Shown: positions 16,986 to 27,296 of the stretch, one piece after another | How positions within the stretch are numbered: position 1 is the stretch's first letter | How the letters are laid out: every line of letters starts with the position of its first letter | The notes under the pieces: generated by a model | Seen by the model: the letters and a program-made list of their open reading frames with translations, nothing else | Databases searched by the model: none | Told to the model about the DNA's origin: nothing | Made by a program: the position numbers and the translations under genes | Assembly: GCA_963844965.1 (NCBI GenBank) | Contig: CAWJQC010000007.1 | Span: 256,001-320,000, forward strand | Origin: an uncultured bacterium | GTDB lineage: Bacteria; Patescibacteriota; Minisyncoccia; UBA6257; 2-01-FULL-56-20 | Length of the DNA stretch: 64,000 nt | Direction: 5' to 3'

Positions 16986-18563
16986 TCAACGCAGCCCCGC
17001 AGACTTTTCGTTCGCGTATTTTTCTATGTCGGCCAGAAAAGAACCGCCCTTCTGTTTTTTCTGCCACTGCCGGATAAGAAGATGCCCTCCGTACTTTATG
17101 AAATCCCGGAGCCAGGCGCGCTCAAAGTAGTGCTTCCACCCCTTAAAGAAATAGTGTAGATGGAAAGTTTTGAAGATGAGCTTGAAGAGGCTGAACGAGC
17201 TGTAAAACCATTTCATAATCTCAATTGGTTTTTCCTGAAATTCCTTGAGCGTCATGTTGTCTGGAATGAAGCAGGGGTAATTCCCGTCGTAGTATCTCCA
17301 ACGGACGATATTGAGCGGAAAGATTCTTCCTTCTCTATCAAGCCTCTTCCGAAGGTCTGTCCCCACCAAGGGCACGGGGTGCAGAACCTGAATGCTGTCT
17401 ATTTTGGCTTCGCGAATGAACACCTTGAAGCGCCTAACCATTTCTGAAACGCTTATTTCGGATCGCTGTTCGTTTGGATAACCGAAGATAAACATTCCAT
17501 GCACCCAGAAATACCGGCGCAGAGTTTTTGTCCACTCCGCCATGTTCTTGGAAAGATAACCCTTGCGCATGGCTTTAAGGTCCTCATCTATCGGTGATTC
17601 ATAGCCAATGCAGACCATACTCACGCCGGCTTTTTTCATCGTCTCAAGAATCGGGATATTCCTCGCCGTTTCTAACCTTATCTGAACCGAGAAATCTAAG
17701 CTGTCTCTATATTTTTCGTGGATTAGCCTGAAGAATTCAACAACACCTTCAAGGTTTTCTTCCAGGCGGTCGTCCACGATGAAGAATTTTTTTGCGCCGT
17801 ATTTTTCCACGAGCCATTTCACCGTATTGAACACGTGCAGGGGGCTCGCCCAGCGCGGCTTGCCTTTCACACTGCAGAATTCGCAGTTCATGGCACAGCC
17901 GCGGACGCGGCCGATGGGATAGAGCTTGATCTTTTTCACGTGCCGCAGGAGACCGAAATCCGGGTAGGGAAGATCGCTCAAGTCCGGCAATTCAAGCATC
18001 TGTGGCGGATTAGTTGTCTGCTCGTAGTCCAATTCCCGGAACCAGAAGGAAATTCCAGGGATATCAGCAAGATTTCCACAGTTCTTGAGGGTTGTGAGAA
18101 TCTGCTGAATGGCGATTTCTCCATCGCCATGGACGACAATGTCGATATTATTTTTCAATGTCTCCTCCGGGCAGTAATGGGCGTGCCAGCCGCCGGCAAT
18201 GTTTATAGCTCCTTGGTCGTAGTAAAATTTGGCCAATTCAAAAACGCGATCCATAGTGGAAGAAAGTCCGCAGTAAAAACCGACAACCGAAGCCGGGTCT
18301 TCTTTTTGCAGTTTTTCGTGGTCCGGCAGACCACGTTCGTCACGTGGGCCTTTGTAATTGTTTTCGTCAATGACTTCAACTCTCCATCCCCAAACTTTAT
18401 TTGCCGCGGTCGCCACGCTTATGATTCCGAGGGGCGTGGTCTGCTCGGCAATGCGCGAAAAAATGTTCACTTCCGGGAAAGCGGGGGCGATAAAGCGAAT
18501 CAGGGGCCAGTCATCGCTCGTTATTAGCGGTTTCACTATTCTGCCTCCGATGAAAGTTCTCAA
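16986..18563 (-). CDS. B12-binding-domain radical SAM protein (class B)
   Basis: N-terminal cobalamin-binding-like region; CAMNCEFC (Cx3Cx2C) radical SAM motif; 525 aa. Confidence 0.6.
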   Translation of the reverse strand: MRTFIGGRIVKPLITSDDWPLIRFIAPAFPEVNIFSRIAEQTTPLGIISVATAANKVWGWRVEVIDENNYKGPRDERGLPDHEKLQKEDPASVVGFYCGLSSTMDRVFELAKFYYDQGAINIAGGWHAHYCPEETLKNNIDIVVHGDGEIAIQQILTTLKNCGNLADIPGISFWFRELDYEQTTNPPQMLELPDLSDLPYPDFGLLRHVKKIKLYPIGRVRGCAMNCEFCSVKGKPRWASPLHVFNTVKWLVEKYGAKKFFIVDDRLEENLEGVVEFFRLIHEKYRDSLDFSVQIRLETARNIPILETMKKAGVSMVCIGYESPIDEDLKAMRKGYLSKNMAEWTKTLRRYFWVHGMFIFGYPNEQRSEISVSEMVRRFKVFIREAKIDSIQVLHPVPLVGTDLRKRLDREGRIFPLNIVRWRYYDGNYPCFIPDNMTLKEFQEKPIEIMKWFYSSFSLFKLIFKTFHLHYFFKGWKHYFERAWLRDFIKYGGHLLIRQWQKKQKGGSFLADIEKYANEKSAGLR

Positions 18564-18705
18564 ATAATCTAAGGATTATAGTACTATCTATTGGGCAAAA
18601 AAAACAAGACCCAGCTTGCCACGAGTCGCAGAAATTCTTACGCTCCGCCAAGCGAATAAAACAGGCCCGCTCGGCGTTTCGGTGTCTAAAAGCTGCTTCC
18701 AATAA

Positions 18706-19717
18706 CTATAATTTGAAAACCATTCTGGCGAACGTATAAAGAATTGCGGCTATAATGGCAGCCATGGGAATGGTTAAAACCCAGACCCAGATAATTCGCA
18801 GAGTCACGCCCCATTTTACGGCAGAAACGTGCTTGGCCGCGCCGACTCCAGAAATAGCACCGGTTATGACGTGTGTGGTTGAAACCGGCACGCCCAGATA
18901 AGTGGCGAAGAAAATGCTGATGGCGGAAGCCGACTCGGCACAGACACCGTCAATTGGTCGGAGTTTCGTGATTTTTTGGCCCATGGTTTTGACAATGCGC
19001 CAGCCGCCGGAAAGAGTGCCCATTCCAATGGCCGCGTGCGCCATAAGCACGACCCAGAGCGGAATTTTGAAAGTGCTGATAAGCCCGGCAGAAAACAAGA
19101 GGCTCGTGACAATGCCCATGGTTTTTTGTGCGTCGTTGCTGCCGTTACCCAGGCTGTACGCCGCGGCCGAAACAAGTTGCAGGCGCCTTGACCAAATATT
19201 CACCGGTCCCGGCGAAGCTTTAGTTTTATACAAAACCCAGAGAGTAGCGCTGATAAAGATCATGCCCAGGACCATGCCGATGATCGGCGCGAGAAAAATA
19301 AATATGATCGTTTTGTTCCATCCTTGCCAGATGATTACGTTTAGTCCCGCCTTGGCTACGGCCGCGCCGGCGTAACCACCGATCAGCGCGTGTGAGGAAC
19401 TAGTAGGCAACCCCAGCCGCCAAGTGATGATATTCCAGATAATTGCGCCGAGAAGCCCCACTAAAATCACATAAGGAGTTACTACGTTGATGTCTATGAG
19501 ACCCTTGCCGATGGTGGAAGCGACTGTAGTGCCGAAGATAAGGAAGGCAACGAAATTAAAAAATGCCGCCCAAACTACGGCTTGGCGCGGCGAGAGCACG
19601 CGGGTGGATACGATGGTAGCAATGGAGTTGGCCGCGTCGTGCATGCCGTTCGTGAAGTCAAAGATGCACCGCTACCAAAATGATCCCTATGACGAGCAAC
19701 AGGCTATAGCTCAGCAT
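18706..19717 (-). CDS. pit: PiT-family inorganic phosphate transporter with a 1-nt frameshift in its N-terminal region
   Basis: FDFTNGMHDAANSIAT and GANDAQKTMGI signatures. The true N-terminus MLSYSLLLVIGIILVAV (start near 19717) is in a +1 frame relative to the main ORF, which begins at 19644. Confidence 0.7.
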
Positions 19718-19725
19718 TCTTTTGC

Positions 19726-20349
19726 TTACGAAGATTTGACTATTATGCCCTGAATGATATCGCCTATTTGCTGAAATCTGTCCATAACGTTTTCCAGAGT
19801 TTCCAGGATGTCTTTGAGTTTAATGACCACGATGGGATCGGTGTGGTTTTGGAAAAGTTCGCCGATGGCCCGGCCGAAGATTTCATCACCCCGATCTTCC
19901 AGATGGTGCATTTTCAGTTTAATGCGGTCTAAATGTTCGGTATGCTTAAGTTTTTCCAGGCAATCCAGAAGTTCCGTTAGGCAATGGCTGGCACCGACCA
20001 TGATTTCTGCGAATTCTTTAAAAGCCGGATGGTTCTGTGTCAGGCGGTAAATTTGGATATTGTGGATGACATATTCTATCCAGTCAATGACGTCATCCAT
20101 TTCGCCGGCCAAACGGTAAATATCCTCGCGGTCAAAAGGAGTGATGAAAGTTTTGTTGAGCTTGTCTACGATGGCGTAGGTATCGGCATCGCCGCGGTGC
20201 TCCAGTTCTTTTGCCTTTTTGGCGTAGCCCTCAAAATCCTTGAAATTCTTTACCAACTCTTGAAATAAGCTGGTAATCTGCGTTATGTCCCGGTCTACAT
20301 TTTTAAACAGCTCGTTAAAGACGGGCTGTTTTGGGGCGAAGAATCTCAT
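19726..20349 (-). CDS. DUF47 / PhoU-like phosphate transport regulator paired with PiT
   Basis: 207-aa helical protein directly upstream of pit on the same strand, the usual PiT-DUF47 arrangement. Confidence 0.6.
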   Translation of the reverse strand: MRFFAPKQPVFNELFKNVDRDITQITSLFQELVKNFKDFEGYAKKAKELEHRGDADTYAIVDKLNKTFITPFDREDIYRLAGEMDDVIDWIEYVIHNIQIYRLTQNHPAFKEFAEIMVGASHCLTELLDCLEKLKHTEHLDRIKLKMHHLEDRGDEIFGRAIGELFQNHTDPIVVIKLKDILETLENVMDRFQQIGDIIQGIIVKSS

Positions 20350-20468
20350 GTTTACTTAAGTATACCATATGGCCGTAGATAACAGCTTTCTCGGTTGGCC
20401 GCCCGCCCGAAACTTTTATCTTCAGAAAGTCGTATAATAAAGGTAATAAATAATTAATAACAAAAACC

Positions 20469-22491
20469 ATGAAGAATACTTCCTGGACGGTGGGTGTTTT
20501 GGTGGTTTGTGTTTCTGTAAGTTTGCTTGCGGCGTCAAGCGCTTACGCGGCTACGCCGACGCTTTCGCTCGCGGTGACGAGCGGGGATTCTGTGCAGATA
20601 AACGTGATCGGCGATTCGAATTTTCCGGTCGTGTTTTATTACAATGTCGGCAGTTCTTCCGGAACGAACACAACGACGCTCGGTAGTACGAACTCCAGCG
20701 GCGTTTTTTCAACAACGATAAGCACGGGCGCGTACGCGATAAACTCCAGCTATCCGGTATATGTCGTAGTGGATGGTCAGCAGTCAGCTACACAAACCTG
20801 GCCTTACGGCGCCAGTACTTCCTCGGGTACAAGCGGTACGCCAGTACTCAGCCAGACAAGCGTTACGGTCGGTATCGGGCAGTCAGTGACCGTGACTTCG
20901 CAGGGAGGCAGCGGCATCTATTTGGTGTCCAATTCCAATTCTTCTGTGGCCGCCGCTTACGTATCTGGGACACAGGTTGTTGTTACCGGAAGCCAGCTGG
21001 GTTCAACGACAATGACAATCTGTTATGTGGGTACCGCTTCCAATTGCACGAATTTGTATGTGAATGTGCAGAGCGGAACCGTGCAGGCGCTCACGTTCAG
21101 CCCGAACAACATTTCCTTATCGGTCGGTGGCAGTCAATCTGTGACCATAAGCGGCGGGAGTGGAACGTATAGTTTGTCTTCCAATTCAAACTCCAGCGCC
21201 GTTTCCGTGAATTTATCGGGAAACACGCTTACGGTGACAGCCATCGCGGCCGGGAGCGCCAATATAACGGCATGCGACACGTCGGGAAATTGTAGTGTCT
21301 TATATGTGACGGTGGGCGGAAGCTCAACAAGCGGTTCCTTGTCTTTCAGCCAGACGAATCCGTCTATAGCGGTCGGACAGGTTATAAGCGTGAGTGTTTA
21401 CGGCGGAAGCGGCTATTACGTGTCCGCTAACACGAACTCCGGCATCGCCTCGCAAACGCTGAATGGCAACACACTCTCAATCTCTGGTCTGGCAGCCGGA
21501 GCGACGACGATCACCGTATGTTCGGCGGTGAACGGCTGCGGCTACCTTTATGTCACCGTCGGTTCGTCATCCGGCACGAGCCAGACAATTACTTTTAGCC
21601 AGACGAATCCGTCCATAGCGGTCGGACAGGTTATAAGCGTGAGTGTTTACGGCGGGAGCGGGTATTACGTAACGGGCAACACGAATTCCAGTGTCGCTTC
21701 GCAAGCCCTTAATGGGAGCATACTTTCCATCTCCGGATTGGCAAGTGGCGCCACGACTATCACGGTATGTTCCGTGGCTAATGGCTGTGGTTCGATTTAC
21801 GTCACGGTCGGTTCGTCGTCGGGCTCGAGTATGGCCATCACCTTTGGCACGACCAATCCCACTATTACAACGGGGCAAAGTATGAACATCTCGCTTTCTG
21901 GCGGTTCCGGTTATTTCGTTTCGTCTAATCCAAGTACGAATATTGCGCAGGCAAGCGTTACGGGCAATACGCTTGCGCTCTATGGCGTGGGCGTCGGCTC
22001 CGATTCGCTTACGATTTGCGCGAGTTCCGGCGGCTGCAACACGCTTTACGTCACAGCTGACAAGCGTGACGACCGTTCCGACCACCACGCAGACACAGCA
22101 AACAGTTGTTTCGAGCGCTTGGATAACCGAGATCCAGACAATGCAGACCCAGCTCACAAATATCCTCGCCCAAATCCAAACTTTACAAAGTAACCTTGCA
22201 AATCTTCTTACGCAAGTTACCGCCGGCGCGCAAAGTCCAAGCGTAAGTGGCACGACGACCGCGCAATCCAGCGGCTATAAATTCTACAGCCCGCTCTCGC
22301 TTGGCTCGAGCGGCGCAGACGTCACGGCATTGCAGACCCTCTTGGCCGCGAAGGGATATTACACTGGTTCCATAACCGGTTACTACGGTACGGCGACGAT
22401 GGACGCGGTGATGGAATACCAGACGGCTCATGGTATCACGCCGCTCGGCAACGTGGGTCCCGCCACCCGCGCGGCGCTGAACGCGGAATAA
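20469..22491 (+). CDS. Large secreted Ser/Thr/Gly-rich tandem-repeat surface protein with a C-terminal peptidoglycan-binding domain; frameshift near 22055
   Basis: Signal peptide; at least 5 tandem ~85-aa repeats (SFSQTNPSIAVGQVISVSVYGGSGYYV...CS..NGCG.LYVTVG). The C-terminal PG_binding_1-like region (GADVTALQTLLAAKGYYTGSITGYYG) is in the overlapping ORF 21943..22491. Confidence 0.55.
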
Positions 22492-22597
22492 CAGTGGTAT
22501 TTGTTTTTGAACCAAAAACTCTACAAACTGCCCCGACTGTGTAGTCGGAGCAGTTTTTATTTTGGCGGTAGGTGGCGCTATAATTAAATTGCTTACA

Positions 22598-23692
22598 ATG
22601 ATCAAATATTTATCAAGAACAAATCCCAGACTTCTTCAAGGCACGGCGCTCCTGCGGCTTGACTTCAACACGGAAGACGACTGGCGGATGCGGGCGGTTT
22701 TGCTGACAGTCCGCTTTTTATTAAAATACGCCTCAAAGATTATTATCGTAAGCCACAGGGGGCGGCCAAAGGGCCGCGACAAGAAATTCAGCCTGAAAGG
22801 AAGCGGTTTGCGCCTGCAAAAACTTCTGGGCCGCCGGGTTAAGTTCGTGCCGGACTTAAACTTCGCTTATATTAAGAAGGCAGTCGCTGATTCGCCGCAC
22901 GGCTCCATTGTTCTTTTGGAGAATTTGAGATTTTGGAAGGGGGAGGAGGCGAATGATTCGAAGTTCGCGAAACAATTGGCGTTGCTTGCCGATTATTTTG
23001 TGAACGACGCGTTCGCGGTTTCGCATCGGGCGAACGCTTCGGTCGCGGCAATCACGAAATTCCTGCCGAGTTATGCCGGGCTTGAATTGGAAAGGGAGAT
23101 CAAGTTCCTCGGGGGCGTGATGCGCCATCCACGCCATCCGTTTGTTTTTGTCGTAGGCGGGGCGAAAGCAAGCGACAAGCTCGGAGTTATGAAATATTTC
23201 AGAAGCAAGGTCGATTGGTTCCTTGTCGGCGGCGCTGCGGGAAATACGGTTCTCGCCCTTAAAGGAATGGGTATGAAAAAATCTCTTAGGGACAAGGACA
23301 AAAAAGATTTAAAAGGACTACGCGGGATTCTGAGGTATGAGAATGTTATATTGCCTGTGGATTTGAAATGGCATAACGGCGCCGCGCTTGATATCGGTCC
23401 GAGGACAATCGGAGCGTTCACCGGGAAAATCCGCCGCGCGAGAACTATAATTTGGAGCGGTCCGGTCGGCTATTTTGAGAAGCGCGGTTTTGACAAGGGG
23501 AATCTTGCGGTAGCGCGCGCGATAGCGGCGAACCGCAAGGCGTTCAAGCTCACCGGTGGCGGCGAAACGGTGATGTTCCTAAAGAAACACCATTTAGATA
23601 AGAAGTTTAGTTTTATTTCAACCGGCGGGGGAGCAATGCTTGATTTTTTAGCCGGAAAAAAACTTCCTGGGATAGAGGCATTAAGTAAATGA
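22598..23692 (+). CDS. pgk: Phosphoglycerate kinase
   Basis: LRLDFNT, VSHRGRPKG, ENLRFWKGEE and GGGAMLDFLAGKKLPGIEAL match PGK motifs; start chosen at MIKYL. Confidence 0.85.
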   Translation: MIKYLSRTNPRLLQGTALLRLDFNTEDDWRMRAVLLTVRFLLKYASKIIIVSHRGRPKGRDKKFSLKGSGLRLQKLLGRRVKFVPDLNFAYIKKAVADSPHGSIVLLENLRFWKGEEANDSKFAKQLALLADYFVNDAFAVSHRANASVAAITKFLPSYAGLELEREIKFLGGVMRHPRHPFVFVVGGAKASDKLGVMKYFRSKVDWFLVGGAAGNTVLALKGMGMKKSLRDKDKKDLKGLRGILRYENVILPVDLKWHNGAALDIGPRTIGAFTGKIRRARTIIWSGPVGYFEKRGFDKGNLAVARAIAANRKAFKLTGGGETVMFLKKHHLDKKFSFISTGGGAMLDFLAGKKLPGIEALSK

Positions 23693-24316
23693 AAAGTTTA
23701 TATAAAAAAGTGGCATTGGAATTAGCGGAAAAGGCGGGTAAAACTATGCTTGCTTATTTTACATTGGGGATGAAAAAGAATTGGAAAGAAGACAACACCC
23801 CCGTTACCGCAGCCGACATTGAAATTAACAAACTCGTTATCAAAACCATCCGCAAGAATTTTCCTGATCACGACGTGCTTGGCGAAGAGTTGAGCGATAT
23901 GAAAAGAGGAAGCGAGATGGTGTGGGTGTGCGATCCGATTGACGGCACAATCCCGTTTTCTCATGGGATTCCAACGAGCACCTTCTCGCTTGCGCTTGTT
24001 TGGCGCGGGAAGCCGATTATGGGCGTTGTTTATGACCCATTTCTCAAAAGAATGTTTTTTGCAGAGAAAGGCGGAGGCGCATTTCTCTGTAGCAAGAGAA
24101 TATACGTGAATTCGAAAAAAGAATTGCGGAGCTCTCTCGTAGGTATGGAGGTATGGAGGGAGGCACAATTCAATTTATCCCCGCTTCAGATAGCCATGAA
24201 GAACGAGGGCGCAAAAATAATCATTCCTTGCTCGACGGCGTATATGGGAATGCTTGTTGCGTGTGGCGAAGCCTCGGCAAGCATTTTTCCGGGATCTACC
24301 GCGCACGATGGCGCCG
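23689..24316 (+). CDS. Inositol monophosphatase-family protein (SuhB-like), 3' end disrupted by an IS3-family insertion
   Basis: WVCDPIDGT motif; the reading frame runs into the IS left end at about 24317 and continues as non-homologous read-through to 24423. Confidence 0.6.
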
Positions 24317-24376
24317 TGAAAAGGACCCTTTTCTTTAGACAGTCATTCGACGATTTTTTCGCCGATTTTTTTCACT

Positions 24377-25162
24377 TTACCACGCCGCTAACTGCTCGGC
24401 AAACACGACTGGCGGCATCTTGAGGGCGGAGTGGATCCGCGTGTGGTTGTACTGCCACAAGGTGCTGTAGATCTCCGCCACGAGCTCGCCGAAGGTCCCG
24501 AACCGGTTGGGATCACCGAGGTCAATCTTGAACTTGTCATAGAACGATTCCTGGTAGCCGTTTTCCCATGGGGCACCGGGCCGCGACCGCGAGATCGTGA
24601 TGCCACAGTCCCCCAGTGTATCGGTGAACGCTCGTGCCTTGTACTCGCTGCCGTTGTCCGAATGGAAGATGACCGGATGCGGATGGTGGAAAAGCGCGTT
24701 GGCCAGGGTCTGTATCGTGAGGGGCGATCCTTTCCGCAACGCCACATGGACGCCCATCAATCGTCTCGTGAAAAGATCGAGTATCGTGGACACGTACACT
24801 TTCTTGCCGCGATACAGGAACTCCGTGAAATCGGTTGCCCAGACGTGGTTCGCGTACGAGGGCATGATGGCAAGTAAGAGGTTCGGAAAGGCCCGCGATG
24901 CCTTTGATTTCCGGTATTTCCTGCCTCGCCTCCGGTACGGCCTTATGCCGAAGATTCGCATGACGCGCTGCGCTCGCGGACGGCTCACGCCCAGAGCTTG
25001 TCCCAAGCGCCGGGAACCGTATGCCGGATGGCGCTGCAATTCTTCTTCCATGCGGATCTTGAGCGCCCAATCTTTCTTGTCCTGCCGTGATACGTAGTAG
25101 AGCGATGCCCGCGAGACGCCCATGGCCCGCGCCATGGCGGACTTGTTCCGCTTTTCCGTCAA
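24377..25162 (-). CDS. IS3-family transposase OrfB (rve integrase catalytic domain)
   Basis: DDE region HSDNGSEY...PWENGYQESFYDKFK typical of rve integrase core. Confidence 0.8.
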   Translation of the reverse strand: MTEKRNKSAMARAMGVSRASLYYVSRQDKKDWALKIRMEEELQRHPAYGSRRLGQALGVSRPRAQRVMRIFGIRPYRRRGRKYRKSKASRAFPNLLLAIMPSYANHVWATDFTEFLYRGKKVYVSTILDLFTRRLMGVHVALRKGSPLTIQTLANALFHHPHPVIFHSDNGSEYKARAFTDTLGDCGITISRSRPGAPWENGYQESFYDKFKIDLGDPNRFGTFGELVAEIYSTLWQYNHTRIHSALKMPPVVFAEQLAAW

Positions 25163-25422
25163 TTCTTTTTTTGGGCCTGGGAGAGCTTCACGGTGAGCTC
25201 GCCCACCACTTCAAACAGCTCCCTGTTCTGCTTCTGGAGACGGCTGAACTCGCCCCAGGAAGGGACGCCCGATGCTCCTGCGCCTAGCCAATTGTAGATG
25301 GTGGACTCGTGCAAACCGTGGTCCTTCGCAGCCTGCGCTACGGGGACTCCTTCTTCCTTCACCCGGCGGAGGATGTCCGCCTTCACTTCCTTCGCAATCC
25401 GATGCCCTTTTTTGTTGCTCAT
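25159..25422 (-). CDS. IS3-family transposase OrfA (HTH)
   Basis: 87 aa, HTH region, leucine-zipper-like C-terminus; the AAAAAAG slippery heptamer lies at the orfA/orfB overlap. Confidence 0.75.
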   Translation of the reverse strand: MSNKKGHRIAKEVKADILRRVKEEGVPVAQAAKDHGLHESTIYNWLGAGASGVPSWGEFSRLQKQNRELFEVVGELTVKLSQAQKKN

Positions 25423-25436
25423 GACACAATGGTAGT

Positions 25437-25769
25437 TTGTTTCGACCTTTGTGTCTAAATTACGGGGTCCGGGTCAAAACAAAAGAGGTCGTCAGAGTCC
25501 TCTCGAAGGCCGGCTTCACGCAACAGGAGATACTTGATGCCATCTGGAACGCCGACTTTGTAAAAGATGAGAACGGCGGAGCCGTCGTGAACGCCATGTA
25601 CGAAGCAAAGATTCCGGTCGCCGATATCGTCGGAGTGCTTATGAGGGAAAAGATCGATCCCGACGACCTCGACGGCGAAATGGGCGGAGAAGAAGTTGAC
25701 ACGCGCACCCGCGTTGAGATTCTCCATTCGCTCTTTGAGGCGATTGACGGCGAGAAAGAGACAGCTTAA
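25437..25769 (+). CDS. Hypothetical small acidic protein; start uncertain (the ORF begins inside the IS right end)
   Basis: 110-aa ORF; no motif recognised. Confidence 0.25.
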   Translation: MFRPLCLNYGVRVKTKEVVRVLSKAGFTQQEILDAIWNADFVKDENGGAVVNAMYEAKIPVADIVGVLMREKIDPDDLDGEMGGEEVDTRTRVEILHSLFEAIDGEKETA

Positions 25770-25859
25770 TTTTTCCACGATTACCACCAGGCCGCATATT
25801 CATATCTGCGGCCATTTTCTTTTGGTTTGAATCAGAAGTCGCTTCTCTTTCTTTATTCT

Positions 25860-25938
25860 CCGCGGAGCCATTTTTCATTTTCCGCCCGCACTGCCTACCT
25901 TCTCTAATTTTTGCCAAAGGCGGACAAGCCTGCCTGCC
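25860..25938. repeat. ~80-bp intergenic direct repeat, copy 1
   Basis: ccgcggagccatttttcattttccgc...ccttctctaattt..caaaggcggacaagcctgcctgcc; about 85 percent identical to 26476..26554. Confidence 0.6.
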
Positions 25939-25964
25939 TCCGGCGGGAATGGTAGAATAAGCTT

Positions 25965-26369
25965 ATGCTGAAATTGGGGCGGGATGAATTTGAGAAAATC
26001 GTAGAGGAAGGAATACATGCGGTTCCGGAAAAGTTTTTACAGAAGTTGGATAACGTGGCGATCGTGATCGACGAGGAACCGACGCCGGCCCAGAAAAAGA
26101 AGCTGAATATCCATCCAAACTGGACACTCTTCGGCTTATACGAAGGCGTGCCGCAGGTATCGCGAGGGGCGAACTATACCGCTGTGCTTCCCGATAAAAT
26201 AACTATTTTCCAAAAGCCGATCGAAGACGAGGCCGTGGATAAGGAAGACATTAAAAAGATGGTGAGGGATACGGTTTGGCATGAAATTGCCCACCATTTT
26301 GGCATGGACGAATCCCGCGTGCGTGAAGCCGAAGCCAGAAGGCGAAAGCTCCGCGGCAGCGCGAAATAG
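25965..26369 (+). CDS. Zincin-like metallopeptidase (Zincin_1 / DUF1025-type)
   Basis: HEIAHHFG zinc-binding motif near the C-terminus; 134 aa. Confidence 0.6.
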   Translation: MLKLGRDEFEKIVEEGIHAVPEKFLQKLDNVAIVIDEEPTPAQKKKLNIHPNWTLFGLYEGVPQVSRGANYTAVLPDKITIFQKPIEDEAVDKEDIKKMVRDTVWHEIAHHFGMDESRVREAEARRRKLRGSAK

Positions 26370-26416
26370 GCGAATGGAGGAAACCGGTCAACCCCGAACA
26401 ACCCCGCCAAATAAAC

Positions 26417-26456
26417 CATTCCAACATTCTGCAGAATGTTGGAATGATGTTTTTCA
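26417..26456 (+). terminator. Rho-independent terminator (perfect 15-bp palindrome)
   Basis: cattccaacattctg/cagaatgttggaatg followed by atgttttt. Confidence 0.65.
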
Positions 26457-26475
26457 GCCCCGCCCTCCTGCCCCT

Positions 26476-26554
26476 CCGCGGAGCCGTTTTCATTTTCCGC
26501 TCATGCCGTTTACCTTCTCTAATTTCCGTCAAAGGCGGACAAGTCTGCCTGCCC
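26476..26554. repeat. ~80-bp intergenic direct repeat, copy 2
   Basis: ccgcggagccgttttcattttccgc...ccttctctaatttccgtcaaaggcggacaagtctgcctgcc. Confidence 0.6.
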
Positions 26555-26631
26555 TTGGCATGGCCTCTGGAGGGAGCCACATCGTCTTGGCTTGTCTTTT
26601 TTCCCCGCGACGAGAGTGGTAAAATAGTTCT

Positions 26632-26829
26632 ATGAAAAAATCATCACTTATAGCGGTGGTCGCGGTTGCCGTCGTTGCCGTCATCTCCGCCGTTCTCATG
26701 TTCAGGAACGCGCCGGCTCCGCCGGAGACCTCGCCGGTCGCGCCACAGAATCTTCAGCCCGCAACCGCGCCATCCGCGCCTTCGTCGAGCGCGGATCGCA
26801 AACCCAAACGCAAAACATGGAACATTTAA
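26632..26829 (+). CDS. Small secreted or membrane-anchored Pro/Ala-rich protein
   Basis: 65 aa, N-terminal hydrophobic segment; the stop overlaps the cyclophilin start. Confidence 0.35.
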   Translation: MKKSSLIAVVAVAVVAVISAVLMFRNAPAPPETSPVAPQNLQPATAPSAPSSSADRKPKRKTWNI

Positions 26830-27296
26830 TTACGCTCAGAACCACCATGGGCGATATCCAATTCGGGACCTACGACTCGGACGCTCCGAATACGGTGAAC
26901 AACTTCATCACGCTCGCGCAAAAAGGATTTTATAACAACGTCATTTTTCACCGCGTCATCAAGGGATTTATGATACAAGGCGGCGACCCTACGGGAACCG
27001 GCACGGGAGGTCCGGGGTACTCCTTTGCGGACGAACTCAATCCCGCGACGCCTTCTTACCAGGCGGGATACAAGAAGGGCGTGGTCGCGATGGCGAACGC
27101 CGGACCGAACACGAACGGCAGCCAATTTTTCATCATGCTTGCCGATTATCCGCTGGACCATAACTATACGATCTTCGGCAAGGTGGTGGCCGGACAGGGC
27201 GTCGTGGACGCGATCGGCGATCTTCCGACCGACGCGAACGACAGGCCTCTGCAACCGCCGGCGATAAAGAGCGTTGTCGTGGAAGTTGCGAAGTAG
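26817..27296 (+). CDS. ppiB: Peptidyl-prolyl cis-trans isomerase, cyclophilin type
   Basis: FHRVIKGFMIQGGDPTGTGTGGPGYSFADE cyclophilin signature. Confidence 0.85.
   Translation: MEHLITLRTTMGDIQFGTYDSDAPNTVNNFITLAQKGFYNNVIFHRVIKGFMIQGGDPTGTGTGGPGYSFADELNPATPSYQAGYKKGVVAMANAGPNTNGSQFFIMLADYPLDHNYTIFGKVVAGQGVVDAIGDLPTDANDRPLQPPAIKSVVVEVAK

Larger units (their letters stand above)
24317..25476 (-). mobile_element. IS3-family insertion sequence (about 1.16 kb) with imperfect TGA-terminated inverted repeats
   Basis: Left end tgaaaaggaccc..tttagaca versus right-end reverse complement tgacccggaccc..tttagaca; contains orfA and orfB. Confidence 0.7.

Noticed and set aside
21567-22253. 228-aa minus-strand ORF inside the surface-repeat gene
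   Set aside because: Antisense to a repeat-rich coding region; Arg-rich junk translation
24388-25097. Several 100-180-aa ORFs on both strands inside the IS3 element
   Set aside because: Overlap the well-supported transposase orfB; translations are Arg/Pro-rich with no homology
25639-26580. Minus-strand ORFs 25639..25917 and 26251..26580 with similar peptide sequences
   Set aside because: They are translations of the two copies of the 80-bp direct repeat, hence the similarity; no coding signal otherwise
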